This document shows positions 18,106 to 26,533 of a stretch of 64,000 nt of DNA, piece after piece (the stretch's first letter is position 1; the number at the start of each line of letters is the position of its first letter). Under the pieces are notes generated by a model. The model saw only the letters and a list, made by a program, of their open reading frames with translations. It did no database searches and was not told the DNA's origin. The DNA lies in the IMG/VR virus record IMGVR_UViG_3300025364_000003, positions 62,001-126,000 of that record; one strand, written 5' to 3'. Made by a program: the position numbers and the translations under genes.

Positions 18106-18804
18106 TCACTCTCCAATGGAGAAACGCAAGCGCAAGACCCTCTCTTCTCTCGGAGAAAGAGTGCGAAGCAACTGTTTTACGATATTGGCCTGAGACTCAG
18201 ACTCCAACTGCTCCTGGGCAGATGAAACCTCGGTATCTTCGATAAAATCGCCAAGAGAAGCATCCCCCTCTTCTCCAATGCTCATATCAAGCGACAGAGG
18301 ATTTTTGATATATTCAAAAATTCGTACGACCTTATCTTTCGGCAGCTCCAAGAAAGCGGAGAGTTCTTCTGGAGAAGGTTCGGAGCCGTTGACCTCCATC
18401 ATGAGCCGAATGGCCTTACGGAGTCGGCCAATGGTTTCCTGCATATGCACAGGAATACGAATGGTGCGAGCTTTATCTTGAAGGGCTCGACCAATCGCCT
18501 GACGAATCCAGTGGGTTGCGTAAGTAGAAAAACGGAATCCCTTGGTGTGATCGAACTTCTCTACTGCTCGCATGAGCCCGATGTTACCCTCCTGAATGAG
18601 GGCCATGAAGTCCATGCCTCGACCACGGTAGCGCTTTGCAATAGAAATAACCAGACGAAGATTCGACTCGACCATTTCGTTTCGAGCACGATCACCGTCT
18701 GGTCCACCTTTGAGTACCCGCTTGGCGAGCATAACCTCGCCCTCTCGGGTGAGAAGGTTGTCCTTCATTTTGTTGATATACACGCTTGTGGTAGTTTTGG
18801 TCAT
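18106..18804 (-). CDS. RpoD-derived sigma factor A, ending before region 4.2
   Basis: Regions 1.2 (LLTREGEV), 2 ([40 protein letters not shown]), 3 ([18 protein letters not shown]) and 4.1 ([13 protein letters not shown]), then IGE-stop. Confidence 0.92.
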   Translation of the reverse strand: MTKTTTSVYINKMKDNLLTREGEVMLAKRVLKGGPDGDRARNEMVESNLRLVISIAKRYRGRGMDFMALIQEGNIGLMRAVEKFDHTKGFRFSTYATHWIRQAIGRALQDKARTIRIPVHMQETIGRLRKAIRLMMEVNGSEPSPEELSAFLELPKDKVVRIFEYIKNPLSLDMSIGEEGDASLGDFIEDTEVSSAQEQLESESQANIVKQLLRTLSPREERVLRLRFSIGE

Positions 18805-18839
18805 TGTTCAACCCTACCACATTTTAGTGCATCTGTCAA
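18805..18839 (-). promoter_or_regulatory. Canonical sigma70 promoter for sigma A (TTGACA-17-TAGGGT, extended -10, leaderless)
   Basis: Exact TTGACA at 18839-18834, TG before the -10, ATG 6 nt after the -10. Confidence 0.8.
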
Positions 18840-18964
18840 TCGACTATAATTTATTGGCGGTTTAGTAAACCACCTTCGGCATCACAGTGTAACCATCTGG
18901 TGACAGTCGACGAACCCTTTCCTGTGAATTCTCATAACCTGGCATGGGCCTTGCTTCGATTGCA

Positions 18965-19150
18965 TCAGCCCCACCCCAGTTCACGGTCACGACGAATCAT
19001 CCGAGCGATATATTCCTCTTCCTTGGCAGTTCCTTGAAGCAAGCTCGGAAAGACAGGCTTGAGTCGCTGACTCAAGCACCGCTCGGTCGTAGTCTTCTCC
19101 AGAGTAGTCTGCCCGACTCGAAATTCGACCCGCTCGTTACCGTCAGCCAT
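18965..19150 (-). CDS. Small hypothetical protein
   Basis: 61-aa ORF overlapping the HNH stop, GGAGG SD. Confidence 0.6.
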   Translation of the reverse strand: MADGNERVEFRVGQTTLEKTTTERCLSQRLKPVFPSLLQGTAKEEEYIARMIRRDRELGWG

Positions 19151-19559
19151 TGTTGCCTCCCATTTCCTTCAATACTAGCATGAAGTCGTCCGGGAGTGAA
19201 CCGATTAGGATCATTTTCGAGACTTCTCGCTGTAGCTGAATCAGCCTCTCAGCCTCAGGAAGATTTTCGCCCTTCTTGCACAGCTCGATTGCTTGTCCAA
19301 TCGAAATCCTGGTCTCATGGAGGATCTTCCTCCGCAAAACCATATCGAGTTGAGCAGGCGTCGGGTTACTGTCGCCCTTCGTCTTGTTGCAAGGCAAACA
19401 AGAGATAACAAGGTTCCACGCCCGGTGAGGACCACCCTTGGACTTGGGGATCACGTGGTCCACCGTCTTGGAGTCCCAAGTCAGAGACTCCCCACAGTAG
19501 AAACAACGTCCCTTGTCTCGCTTCCAGAGCGTGCGCTTGACCTTTAGTGAGGCCGACAC
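19143..19559 (-). CDS. HNH endonuclease
   Basis: CFYCG...TVDHVIPKSKGG...NLVISCLPCNKTKG. Confidence 0.92.
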   Translation of the reverse strand: MSASLKVKRTLWKRDKGRCFYCGESLTWDSKTVDHVIPKSKGGPHRAWNLVISCLPCNKTKGDSNPTPAQLDMVLRRKILHETRISIGQAIELCKKGENLPEAERLIQLQREVSKMILIGSLPDDFMLVLKEMGGNNG

Positions 19560-19573
19560 TTTCTTTCCTCGGT

Positions 19574-19915
19574 TTAGCTGTTTGGATCGAAACCAGCGTG
19601 ATAGATGTGATAGATCACATCCTCCCGCTGAGGAACGCTCAGTACAGAGTCATTATCCCAATGGATATGCCCCTGACAATCCTGTGAATTGCTCTTCACT
19701 GCCTCGTACCACTCGTCATCGTCCATCTGGACCAGGGTCCCAGGAAGAGCCTCGATATTATCATAAAACGGCACGACAGAATCGAGACTCGACCACCAGG
19801 CTACTAGCTCAGACTCCGACATCCCGGTGTCCCACCGCCAGTAACGGTAACCGTATTCCTCCTCTAGCCAGACGATAACGGTGTTGTTCATGTTTTCCTC
19901 AGCAGTCACGGGCAA
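19574..19915 (-). CDS. Hypothetical protein (acidic, aromatic-rich)
   Basis: 113-aa ORF in the operon. Confidence 0.7.
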   Translation of the reverse strand: MPVTAEENMNNTVIVWLEEEYGYRYWRWDTGMSESELVAWWSSLDSVVPFYDNIEALPGTLVQMDDDEWYEAVKSNSQDCQGHIHWDNDSVLSVPQREDVIYHIYHAGFDPNS

Positions 19916-20174
19916 TTTTCATATCGATCTCGCCGATGAGATCGTGCATCTCTTCCAGCTCTTCCAGGGTACAGAACAGGTTAAACCCCGAGCGGTAACG
20001 GAGCTCCTGAAAACGGAGCGAGTGCTCCGTTTGGATACGAACCATTCGGAGCGGCTGTCCCTTATTGATCCCGGAGGTCATCGTGCCAACATGGCACACC
20101 GTCGAGGTGTTGCCGTAGTCGTACGACTCCGGAGCATCGGTAAAGCGGATGAAAACCTTGTCTTCGTTGTTCAT
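19899..20174 (-). CDS. Hypothetical protein (leaderless)
   Basis: GG-TTCATT-17-TATATT-6-ATG promoter. Confidence 0.75.
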   Translation of the reverse strand: MNNEDKVFIRFTDAPESYDYGNTSTVCHVGTMTSGINKGQPLRMVRIQTEHSLRFQELRYRSGFNLFCTLEELEEMHDLIGEIDMKIARDC

Positions 20175-20188
20175 GTTCTGAATATACC

Positions 20189-20362
20189 TTATTCGGAGTT
20201 AGAAATGAACCGAATATGAATTTTGTCGTAGGCTTTCTTGGCCTGCTTCAGGGTGGTGACAATTCCCTCCCTGGCTTGAGTGGCAACAATCACCCTGCTG
20301 AAGAGTTCCCGACGTTTGATCGGATCCTTGAGGATCTCACGGATATTGACTCGCTGCCTCAT
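20189..20362 (-). CDS. Small hypothetical protein
   Basis: ATGA overlap with the upstream stop at 20359-20361. Confidence 0.6.
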   Translation of the reverse strand: MRQRVNIREILKDPIKRRELFSRVIVATQAREGIVTTLKQAKKAYDKIHIRFISNSE

Positions 20363-20604
20363 CGGCCACCCTGACGAGCGGTCCATTCTGCCTCGAACGC
20401 TTCCTCGGCCCGTTCGCCCACGTCCACAGCTACATCCCAAACCCAATGACCTGGATCGTCGAGCCAGTGATCGCAATCGAAGTGCCAAGCGGCATTCTCT
20501 GCAAGGCGGGTACAGTTGACCTCACCACCCTGCCAAAGGTCCGGGTGACTATGGTCGGAAAGTTGTTCCCGCATGAATTGGCGGACTTGTGTCTTGACGA
20601 ACAT
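20359..20604 (-). CDS. Small acidic protein
   Basis: GEVNCTRLAENAAWHFD..WLDDPGHWVWDVA; AAGGAG SD. Confidence 0.7.
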   Translation of the reverse strand: MFVKTQVRQFMREQLSDHSHPDLWQGGEVNCTRLAENAAWHFDCDHWLDDPGHWVWDVAVDVGERAEEAFEAEWTARQGGR

Positions 20605-20616
20605 TATTGCTCTTTC

Positions 20617-20808
20617 TCAGTAAATCTTGACCCAGCCAGCCTTTAGAGCCGGCTGTAGCTGAACGCCGTTAACCGGATGACGGTGGCCCTCGTTGAGGAG
20701 CACGAAATAATTTCCCTCGTGGTCCTTGACCAGGGACTGATTAACGTCACTGCTAACGTGCTTACCGTTTCGGTAGTAATGAACCTCGACGTAACGTACG
20801 TGCTCCAT
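20617..20808 (-). CDS. Small hypothetical protein (leaderless)
   Basis: GG-TTCACA-17-TAATAT-7-ATG places the start at 20808. Confidence 0.65.
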   Translation of the reverse strand: MEHVRYVEVHYYRNGKHVSSDVNQSLVKDHEGNYFVLLNEGHRHPVNGVQLQPALKAGWVKIY

Positions 20809-20966
20809 GGTTCCCATATTAGTAAATAAGTCATCAGGTGTGAACCGAATATGGATTTTATCCATGAATCAGACCCATATAGAAAAATACTGTTGTCCCC
20901 ATTTGGTGACCGGCCTTTTTATTTAATTCGGTGCAAACTGAGGAAAGCCCGTGATAACTTAGAATC

Positions 20967-21482
20967 ACGGACGCACTTGTAGAAAAGGCTCGTCGATTCG
21001 CCCTGGAACATCATGGGGACCAGAGATATGGTGAACATCCGTACAGTCCCCATCTGGGGGAGGTGGCTGATTTGGCTCGGCCCTGGGGTCCGGTAGCGGA
21101 AGCGGTTGCCTGGCTTCACGATGTGGTCGAGGATACGGACGTGTCGAGCTACGACGTGTTCATGTCTTTCGGGGATCCTGTGGCGTCCTGTGTCTGGATC
21201 GTTACGGATCCAGGCGGTAGGAACCGCAAGGAAAAGAAGCTCCGACTTCACGAGAGACTCAAAGAAATCGTAGCCAACGATGCTAAGGGTTATGTTCAGT
21301 ACCGTCCAGCCCTCCTTGTCAAGGTCTGTGACCGCCTGGCTAACCTACGAGCAGGCAAGGCCGGCAATCCAGGGCTCCTGAAGATGTACCGTAAGGAGCA
21401 TACTGCGTTCAAGGATGCAGCATATGTGCCAGGTCTCTGCGATCGGCTTTGGAACGAAATCGAAGAAATCCTAGCCGATTAA
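20967..21482 (+). CDS. HD-domain small alarmone hydrolase-like protein (SpoT/Mesh1 type) with ACG at the start position
   Basis: KARRFALEHH..QRYG..PY..HL..V, LHDVVEDT, LLVKVCDRLAN; frame open from 20958 with ACG exactly 6 nt after the promoter -10. Confidence 0.85.
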   Translation, partial: TDALVEKARRFALEHHGDQRYGEHPYSPHLGEVADLARPWGPVAEAVAWLHDVVEDTDVSSYDVFMSFGDPVASCVWIVTDPGGRNRKEKKLRLHERLKEIVANDAKGYVQYRPALLVKVCDRLANLRAGKAGNPGLLKMYRKEHTAFKDAAYVPGLCDRLWNEIEEILAD

Positions 21483-21528
21483 CAGAAATAGGTTCAAACC
21501 TAGTCTAGGGCATGGTATATTCATAAGC

Positions 21529-22119
21529 ATGAAGGTACACGTCAACAGCTTCGTCAAGCGTCAGACCCCGGAGTCGGAGTTTTCTCATTTCGAGGGACCT
21601 CCAGGTTGTGAGGACGTCTGGGAAAACCTCCGTGTTTCGATCGAGCTAATGATCGAGCAGGATCATGGCATCGAACCCGGTTACCGGGATGGCGTGATTC
21701 TCGTTCACGTGAACCCCCAGCATTTCTTTTCTGGCGTGGTTCAGCTCAAGGAGGGTGACCACCTTGTGGGAGAGTTCAAGGCCCGTCGACCCGGCGAGTC
21801 TCCTCGGAAGTCGATCGGCGTGGTTGGTGCAGAAAAGATGCCCGCCAAGACCGCTTTCGTGGTTCTCTACGCTTCCACCGTGCTTGCGGAGGGTGGAGAT
21901 AACGAGCTTCCGGCCGAGGAAGGGAATTGGGAGATCATTTCCTTGAATGCCAGTCCGGTCGAGGGTGAAATGCCCATCAGTCCGATGGTGCTTCTTCACA
22001 ACCACTTCGGTAGCGACGGTGGCACCAGTACCAACCTAAGCGATTCTGAGCTGGTCGCCATGCTCCGTGAGTCTTTCGAGTTCTGGAAGGACAAGGCAAT
22101 GGTAGCCCCGAAGGGTTGA
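21529..22119 (+). CDS. DUF3228-like protein (leaderless)
   Basis: F..RQ, GYRDG, VVLY, WEIISLNA, E.P..P...HN.FG..GG, FEFW..KA pattern. Confidence 0.65.
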   Translation: MKVHVNSFVKRQTPESEFSHFEGPPGCEDVWENLRVSIELMIEQDHGIEPGYRDGVILVHVNPQHFFSGVVQLKEGDHLVGEFKARRPGESPRKSIGVVGAEKMPAKTAFVVLYASTVLAEGGDNELPAEEGNWEIISLNASPVEGEMPISPMVLLHNHFGSDGGTSTNLSDSELVAMLRESFEFWKDKAMVAPKG

Positions 22120-22337
22120 ACATGTCCCAAAAAAGCCCCGAATATCGAAATGGATACGGAGACGCAAAAGCTGATCTCCTACGGCTAGTCAAGGAGGCTC
22201 TCAAGAGCCTCCATGAGGCTTGCCAAAATAATGGCTTCTGCGACCCCTCCGAAAAAGATAAGGAGCTTCTGAGGCTCCGTGAGGCCGAGCTACGCCGCAT
22301 TAGGGGCATGATCAAGGCATTAAAGCCAAAAGAGTGA
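22116..22337 (+). CDS. Small helical protein
   Basis: TTGA overlap; EYRNGY motif. Confidence 0.65.
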   Translation: MNMSQKSPEYRNGYGDAKADLLRLVKEALKSLHEACQNNGFCDPSEKDKELLRLREAELRRIRGMIKALKPKE

Positions 22338-22379
22338 ATTCTCTTTACCTGGGAAACCGGAAAAGGTAAGTTGTAGCAC

Positions 22380-23153
22380 ATGAGTATCCCGAATCGTCCG
22401 TTTGGTGTCGAACTTGAGTTCAACAGTGCACCTCCACCGGAAGTGCTGGCGTGGCTTCTCAGAGATAAGGGCATCAAGGCTCATGATGACGCCGTTGCCC
22501 GTGATCATTCGTTTTGGCTCGTGCATGATGATGCCTCTATCACTGGACCTGGGGTGCATATTGAGGTTTCTTCCCCGATCCTCCGAGGAAAGAAAGGTTT
22601 GGCCGAGGTTCGTTCAGTCTGTCGTTTTCTCACCAAGTTGGGCTGTAAGACGAATTCGTCTTGTGGGCTTCATGTCCACGTGAGTGATAGCAGAATCACC
22701 AATTCGACTCTGATAAACATTCTCAAGCGCTATGCAGAAAATGAAGAATTGATCGACTCTTGGATGACAAAGAGTCGTCGTGGAAACCGAAACCCATTTT
22801 GTCGTTCTCACAAGAGGGACTGGAAAGATATGGTTGCATGTCTTTCCGACAAGGAAGAGAATCTTAGATTGCGTTTTGGTGAACGTTTTGAGGTTTCTTC
22901 TACTGTTGGTGGTGATAAGATCAACTTCGATTCCAATTACGCCACCCTGGAATTCCGTCACCATCATGGGACACTCAACTCCACAGAAGTCTCCAATTGG
23001 GTACAATTCTGCCTAAACTTCGTGGAGGTTTCTGCCGATCTCACCCCTGGAACCCGACGAGCAACCAAGCGCACCAGGGACACTGGACCTCTGATGGGTT
23101 TGTCCACAAATATTCGGAATCATTTCACTTACCAGGCCGAGCGTCTTCGCTAA
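22380..23153 (+). CDS. Putative amidoligase (Amidoligase_2 family)
   Basis: FGVELE, D.SI, EVSSPIL, NSSCGLHVHV, TLEFRHHHGTLN motifs. Confidence 0.88.
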   Translation: MSIPNRPFGVELEFNSAPPPEVLAWLLRDKGIKAHDDAVARDHSFWLVHDDASITGPGVHIEVSSPILRGKKGLAEVRSVCRFLTKLGCKTNSSCGLHVHVSDSRITNSTLINILKRYAENEELIDSWMTKSRRGNRNPFCRSHKRDWKDMVACLSDKEENLRLRFGERFEVSSTVGGDKINFDSNYATLEFRHHHGTLNSTEVSNWVQFCLNFVEVSADLTPGTRRATKRTRDTGPLMGLSTNIRNHFTYQAERLR

Positions 23154-23206
23154 CGAATAACAGTTATTTGGTGTAAATCTTAGAACGTCTATAATAGGAT
23201 AATAAC

Positions 23207-23452
23207 ATGCTCATCAAGCTCAAAGACCGCAACGGAACCATCCCGGACTTCGATCGCCAGCTCGGGGAGGCTCGATACTGTCTGCCGGACATGGAAATGT
23301 ATCACCGAGCCTGTCTCGTCCTGTACGACACCGAGGCCAACAAGTTCACCCTGTTCACCCGTGATCTGGTCACTTCGGAGTACATGGTGACTCAGGTGGA
23401 GGGAACCCGTCGGGGCTTGCAGTACAAAAAGTTCTGGGAAAAAGCTTCGTAA
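23207..23452 (+). CDS. Small hypothetical protein (leaderless)
   Basis: GG-TGTAAA-17-TAGGAT-6-ATG. Confidence 0.7.
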   Translation: MLIKLKDRNGTIPDFDRQLGEARYCLPDMEMYHRACLVLYDTEANKFTLFTRDLVTSEYMVTQVEGTRRGLQYKKFWEKAS

Positions 23453-23491
23453 TAGGTTCACAACCAGGCTTTGGCCTGATATATTAAGACC

Positions 23492-23656
23492 ATGGCCAAG
23501 CGAAACAAGAAGAACGTCTCGGACGTGAAGCGACGCAGTGCCGCTGCCGTGGCCGCTATCCTCAAGACTGGTGCTGGTAAGCACGGGGACCGTCGCTTGA
23601 AGCGGATGAAGACCCGTGCGGCCCAGAAGCGGGCTGCCTTCCGAGACTGGAGGTGA
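23492..23656 (+). CDS. Very basic 54-aa protein (MAKRNKK...GAGKHGDRRLKR...)
   Basis: Below the ORF-track cutoff; leaderless GG-TTCACA-17-TATATT-6-ATG promoter; stop overlaps the next start. Confidence 0.75.
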   Translation: MAKRNKKNVSDVKRRSAAAVAAILKTGAGKHGDRRLKRMKTRAAQKRAAFRDWR

Positions 23657-23853
23657 GCATTACTGAACGGGAAGAAGAAGCCTTCAAGAAGGGCTACGAG
23701 CGCTGTCGGCTGGATATGGCCCGAGAGCTGGGTCAACTCATTGCGTATTACTACAACAAAGGTCAGACCAATGGTGGTGATGCGCTCCGTCATGCTAGCA
23801 CCGTGCTGCGAGCTGTGAAGCCTGGACAGAAGCCTTGGAATCCAGATATTTGA
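23653..23853 (+). CDS. Small helical protein
   Basis: GTGA overlap; FKKGYE motif. Confidence 0.65.
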   Translation: MSITEREEEAFKKGYERCRLDMARELGQLIAYYYNKGQTNGGDALRHASTVLRAVKPGQKPWNPDI

Positions 23854-23879
23854 ACCGATTAATAATCGGTTCAAATATC
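23845..23879. repeat. Perfect 16-bp inverted repeat containing back-to-back GGTTCAAA elements
   Basis: GATATTTGAACCGATT-AAT-AATCGGTTCAAATATC. Confidence 0.9.
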
Positions 23880-23907
23880 GAGAAATTCGGGATAAGCTAA
23901 ATTTAAG

Positions 23908-24243
23908 ATGACCAAGCCCACCTTGATATTCTACACCACGTTCAAGAACGTTCCTTATTCCGATGAGGAGTGGGAGCGTGCCAATAAGTGGCGTGCCAAA
24001 TTGGCCCAGGACAATCCGACCTGGGCTGAGAAGCACCCCGAAGACGTAGAGCCGCTGAAAACCCGTCCCGTTCATTCGTTCAGATATGGTCACGCATGTT
24101 TCTCTCACGAGGAAGCCCGTAAGGTCTGTGAGCAAGCCTTGGAAAGTGGTGTCCAGATGGTGACCTACTCAGCTTGGGACAGTAATAAGCAGGTAGGGGA
24201 GTGGTCTAGGCGTCAGGGTGGACATTGGTACCAGAGTAAATAA
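23908..24243 (+). CDS. Hypothetical protein
   Basis: 111-aa ORF downstream of the promoter at 23870. Confidence 0.75.
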   Translation: MTKPTLIFYTTFKNVPYSDEEWERANKWRAKLAQDNPTWAEKHPEDVEPLKTRPVHSFRYGHACFSHEEARKVCEQALESGVQMVTYSAWDSNKQVGEWSRRQGGHWYQSK

Positions 24244-24508
24244 TACTAGTATTTGGGTTCACATTCATCTTTACAAGCGCACCACCAAGCGCATTCAGAA
24301 CTTGAATTCTGAGCTTCGCAGGCTTCGTGCCAAGGCTAAGGCTATGAAGCCGGGTCTTGACGACATCCATGCCTTGGAGGAGATGTATCCCGAAGAAAAG
24401 GCTATCATTTGGGGGCGTACCGAATACATCTGAGGTATCAAATATGCAGTTAGCCGAATTTTCTTGAAATAGGTTCAGAATCCAACAAATATAGGACATA
24501 TTAAGAAC

Positions 24509-24772
24509 ATGAGTAACCGACGTAAGCGTAAGCAGGCCCGTAAGCAGGCTCGCCGTGAGGAGCGTAAGACTCGTTTGGTCGAGCTGGAGTCCCGTCGCCT
24601 CCAGGAGGAGGATGCTGGGCTGGAGATGAGCACTGAGCGTGTCTCCCCGGTTCTGGTGGACGAGTGGGATGACTTCGACCCGGAGTACGAGGAGCGCATC
24701 CGCAAGGACCGTGCCATCAAGGATCGTCGTGCCCGTAAGCAGGAGCTTCTCAACGAGGCTCTGAGCCGCTGA
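24509..24772 (+). CDS. Highly charged small protein (paralog 1)
   Basis: Leaderless promoter; C-terminus EWDD..EERIRKDR..RKQELLNEAL. Confidence 0.75.
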   Translation: MSNRRKRKQARKQARREERKTRLVELESRRLQEEDAGLEMSTERVSPVLVDEWDDFDPEYEERIRKDRAIKDRRARKQELLNEALSR

Positions 24773-24822
24773 AAAAACCTAAAAAGGTTTAAAACCCCAC
24801 CCTAATAAGGTATATTCTAATC

Positions 24823-25140
24823 ATGGCAGACAACAGGACCCGTAAGCTCGACCGCAAGGCCATCAAGCGTCTCCAGAAGGCCATTCAGCGTCTCGATCGT
24901 CAGATCGAGCGGGAGATCGAAACGCACCCTGACGGAGCCGAGTCCCCGTTCCTCTTCGACTTGAACGACGTGAGGTGGGTTCTGGAGCTACAGCTACAGC
25001 GACTCGACCAGCAGATGGACCCTCCGGGCGAGTGGGACGATCGGGACGAGTCCCGTGAGGACCGAATCCGGGAGGACCGCAGCCGTAAGGCTTGTCGTGC
25101 GGACAAGCAGTTTTTGTTCGATGAGGCCCTGGGTCTTTAA
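24823..25140 (+). CDS. Highly charged small protein (paralog 2)
   Basis: Leaderless promoter; C-terminus EWDD..EDRIREDR..DKQFLFDEAL. Confidence 0.75.
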   Translation: MADNRTRKLDRKAIKRLQKAIQRLDRQIEREIETHPDGAESPFLFDLNDVRWVLELQLQRLDQQMDPPGEWDDRDESREDRIREDRSRKACRADKQFLFDEALGL

Positions 25141-25157
25141 AAGAAAAGAAGGTAAAA

Positions 25158-25442
25158 ATGGACGCTCTAGACAAGATCAAGGCCATGAGGGGTGACGCTA
25201 AACTTTCTCCCAAGGTTGCCATGTGTTTGGCACGGGAAATGCACGATTTGCCGGATGACCGACTCAAGGAAGCCTGGCGAGAGCTTACCGTGAGCAAGGC
25301 CCTTGAAGGGAGTGAGCTTTTGCTCACTCTGCATCCTTACATCGAGGTACTGATGGTGAATTTGGCCTCGGGTCTTCCTCGCCCGACCTGGGAAGAGACA
25401 CTGTCAGGCAAGGATCCTGCGGCTGGGCAGACCGTGGAGTGA
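25158..25442 (+). CDS. Stand-alone homolog of the MoxR C-terminal domain
   Basis: MHDLP..AW..LHPYIEVLMV..ASG matches MHDCP..AW..VHPYIEKLMV..ASG in 2557..3876. Confidence 0.75.
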   Translation: MDALDKIKAMRGDAKLSPKVAMCLAREMHDLPDDRLKEAWRELTVSKALEGSELLLTLHPYIEVLMVNLASGLPRPTWEETLSGKDPAAGQTVE

Positions 25443-25535
25443 CACAAGGGCTGAATCCGTTCGGCTCCAAATCCCCAAAAAGGTTCAAACCTGGCCTGAA
25501 TATGATATATTCAAGGCTAAGGAAGGGAGACCTAC

Positions 25536-25910
25536 ATGGGTTTTGAAATGCGTGACGAGTACATGGTTCGAGGTGAGGACGTGGACCACTGGTGCCCTGC
25601 TTGTGGTCACAAGATCGTTCCAATGGATACCTCGGATCGTCGGGGATGGTGGGAACACGAGAGCGTCGAGGCTTTCGGGCTCTGTGATGTGGCCGACGAG
25701 CTGGAGTCTCCGGTGATGCACGTGGAGTTCCTGCTGGCCTGGGACGACATGACCTGGGATACCGAGATTCTGGAAGTTCCGCCCATTCTCCACCACGAGG
25801 ACTGCACCGACGAAAATCGAATCGATTGGTTCCATCGGGTTCATGGAGGTGAAGCTAGGTACAGGAAGCTCGCTATGGCTGCCGTGTACCATCTTCAGCC
25901 TTACGCATAG
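25536..25910 (+). CDS. Putative Zn-binding acidic protein
   Basis: CPACG..HE...C motif; own promoter and SD. Confidence 0.7.
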   Translation: MGFEMRDEYMVRGEDVDHWCPACGHKIVPMDTSDRRGWWEHESVEAFGLCDVADELESPVMHVEFLLAWDDMTWDTEILEVPPILHHEDCTDENRIDWFHRVHGGEARYRKLAMAAVYHLQPYA

Positions 25911-26126
25911 GTTTAGGTTGGGCCTCATCAGCCCATAGTAGGGGTGGCGAGTTCCCTATGAACAAGTGAGGTGATGCTCACAAAAAAAGCCCCTAGCCTC
26001 GGAGAGGCCGGCGGTGGGAGCCGTAGCGGGACCCGTGGGGCCTGAAAAGGTGACGAAGCGGTACCGTACCCACAATTCTATCCATATTAGGTTCAAACCC
26101 CAAGGGGGATAGGATATTCTAGGACC

Positions 26127-26423
26127 ATGAAGACGATCACGAAGGCAGACCTCACCAAGATCCGAAGCAATCTTGCCCTGCACGCCCTACCGGAGGATGC
26201 GGTCAGCTACAAGTGGGAGCAGGTTTCCAGCGCCATGGGAACGGTTCCTATGCTTGAGACCGTTCGGGGGCTCAAGATCGTTCTGTTTCTCGTCAAAAAG
26301 GCCGAGGTCATAATGACGAGCGAGGTTGCTCTCCGGGGCTCTGAGGGCACCTTTGTGGGCTTCGAGAAGATTGAGACTATCAAGAACAAGGCCAATGAAC
26401 TTTTGGCCGTTTTGGAGGGATGA
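26127..26423 (+). CDS. Hypothetical protein (leaderless)
   Basis: GG-TTCAAA-17-TATTCT-6-ATG. Confidence 0.75.
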   Translation: MKTITKADLTKIRSNLALHALPEDAVSYKWEQVSSAMGTVPMLETVRGLKIVLFLVKKAEVIMTSEVALRGSEGTFVGFEKIETIKNKANELLAVLEG

Positions 26424-26533
26424 TTTATGGGTGTGTCGAGACGCATCTCGGAAATTGTCCTCCGTAAACAAAAAAGGGTTCAAAGATTAGCCAGACTATG
26501 GCATTCTAAGAACCATAGAGAGGGAGACAACGA

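Noticed and set aside
20809-20865. Shared peptide DKIHIRF at the start of the 20617..20865 ORF and the end of the 20189 ORF as a protein repeat
   Set aside because: It is the translation of a repeated promoter-upstream sequence (TGAACCGAATATG.ATTTT.TC at 20206 and 20841); the promoter places the real start at 20808
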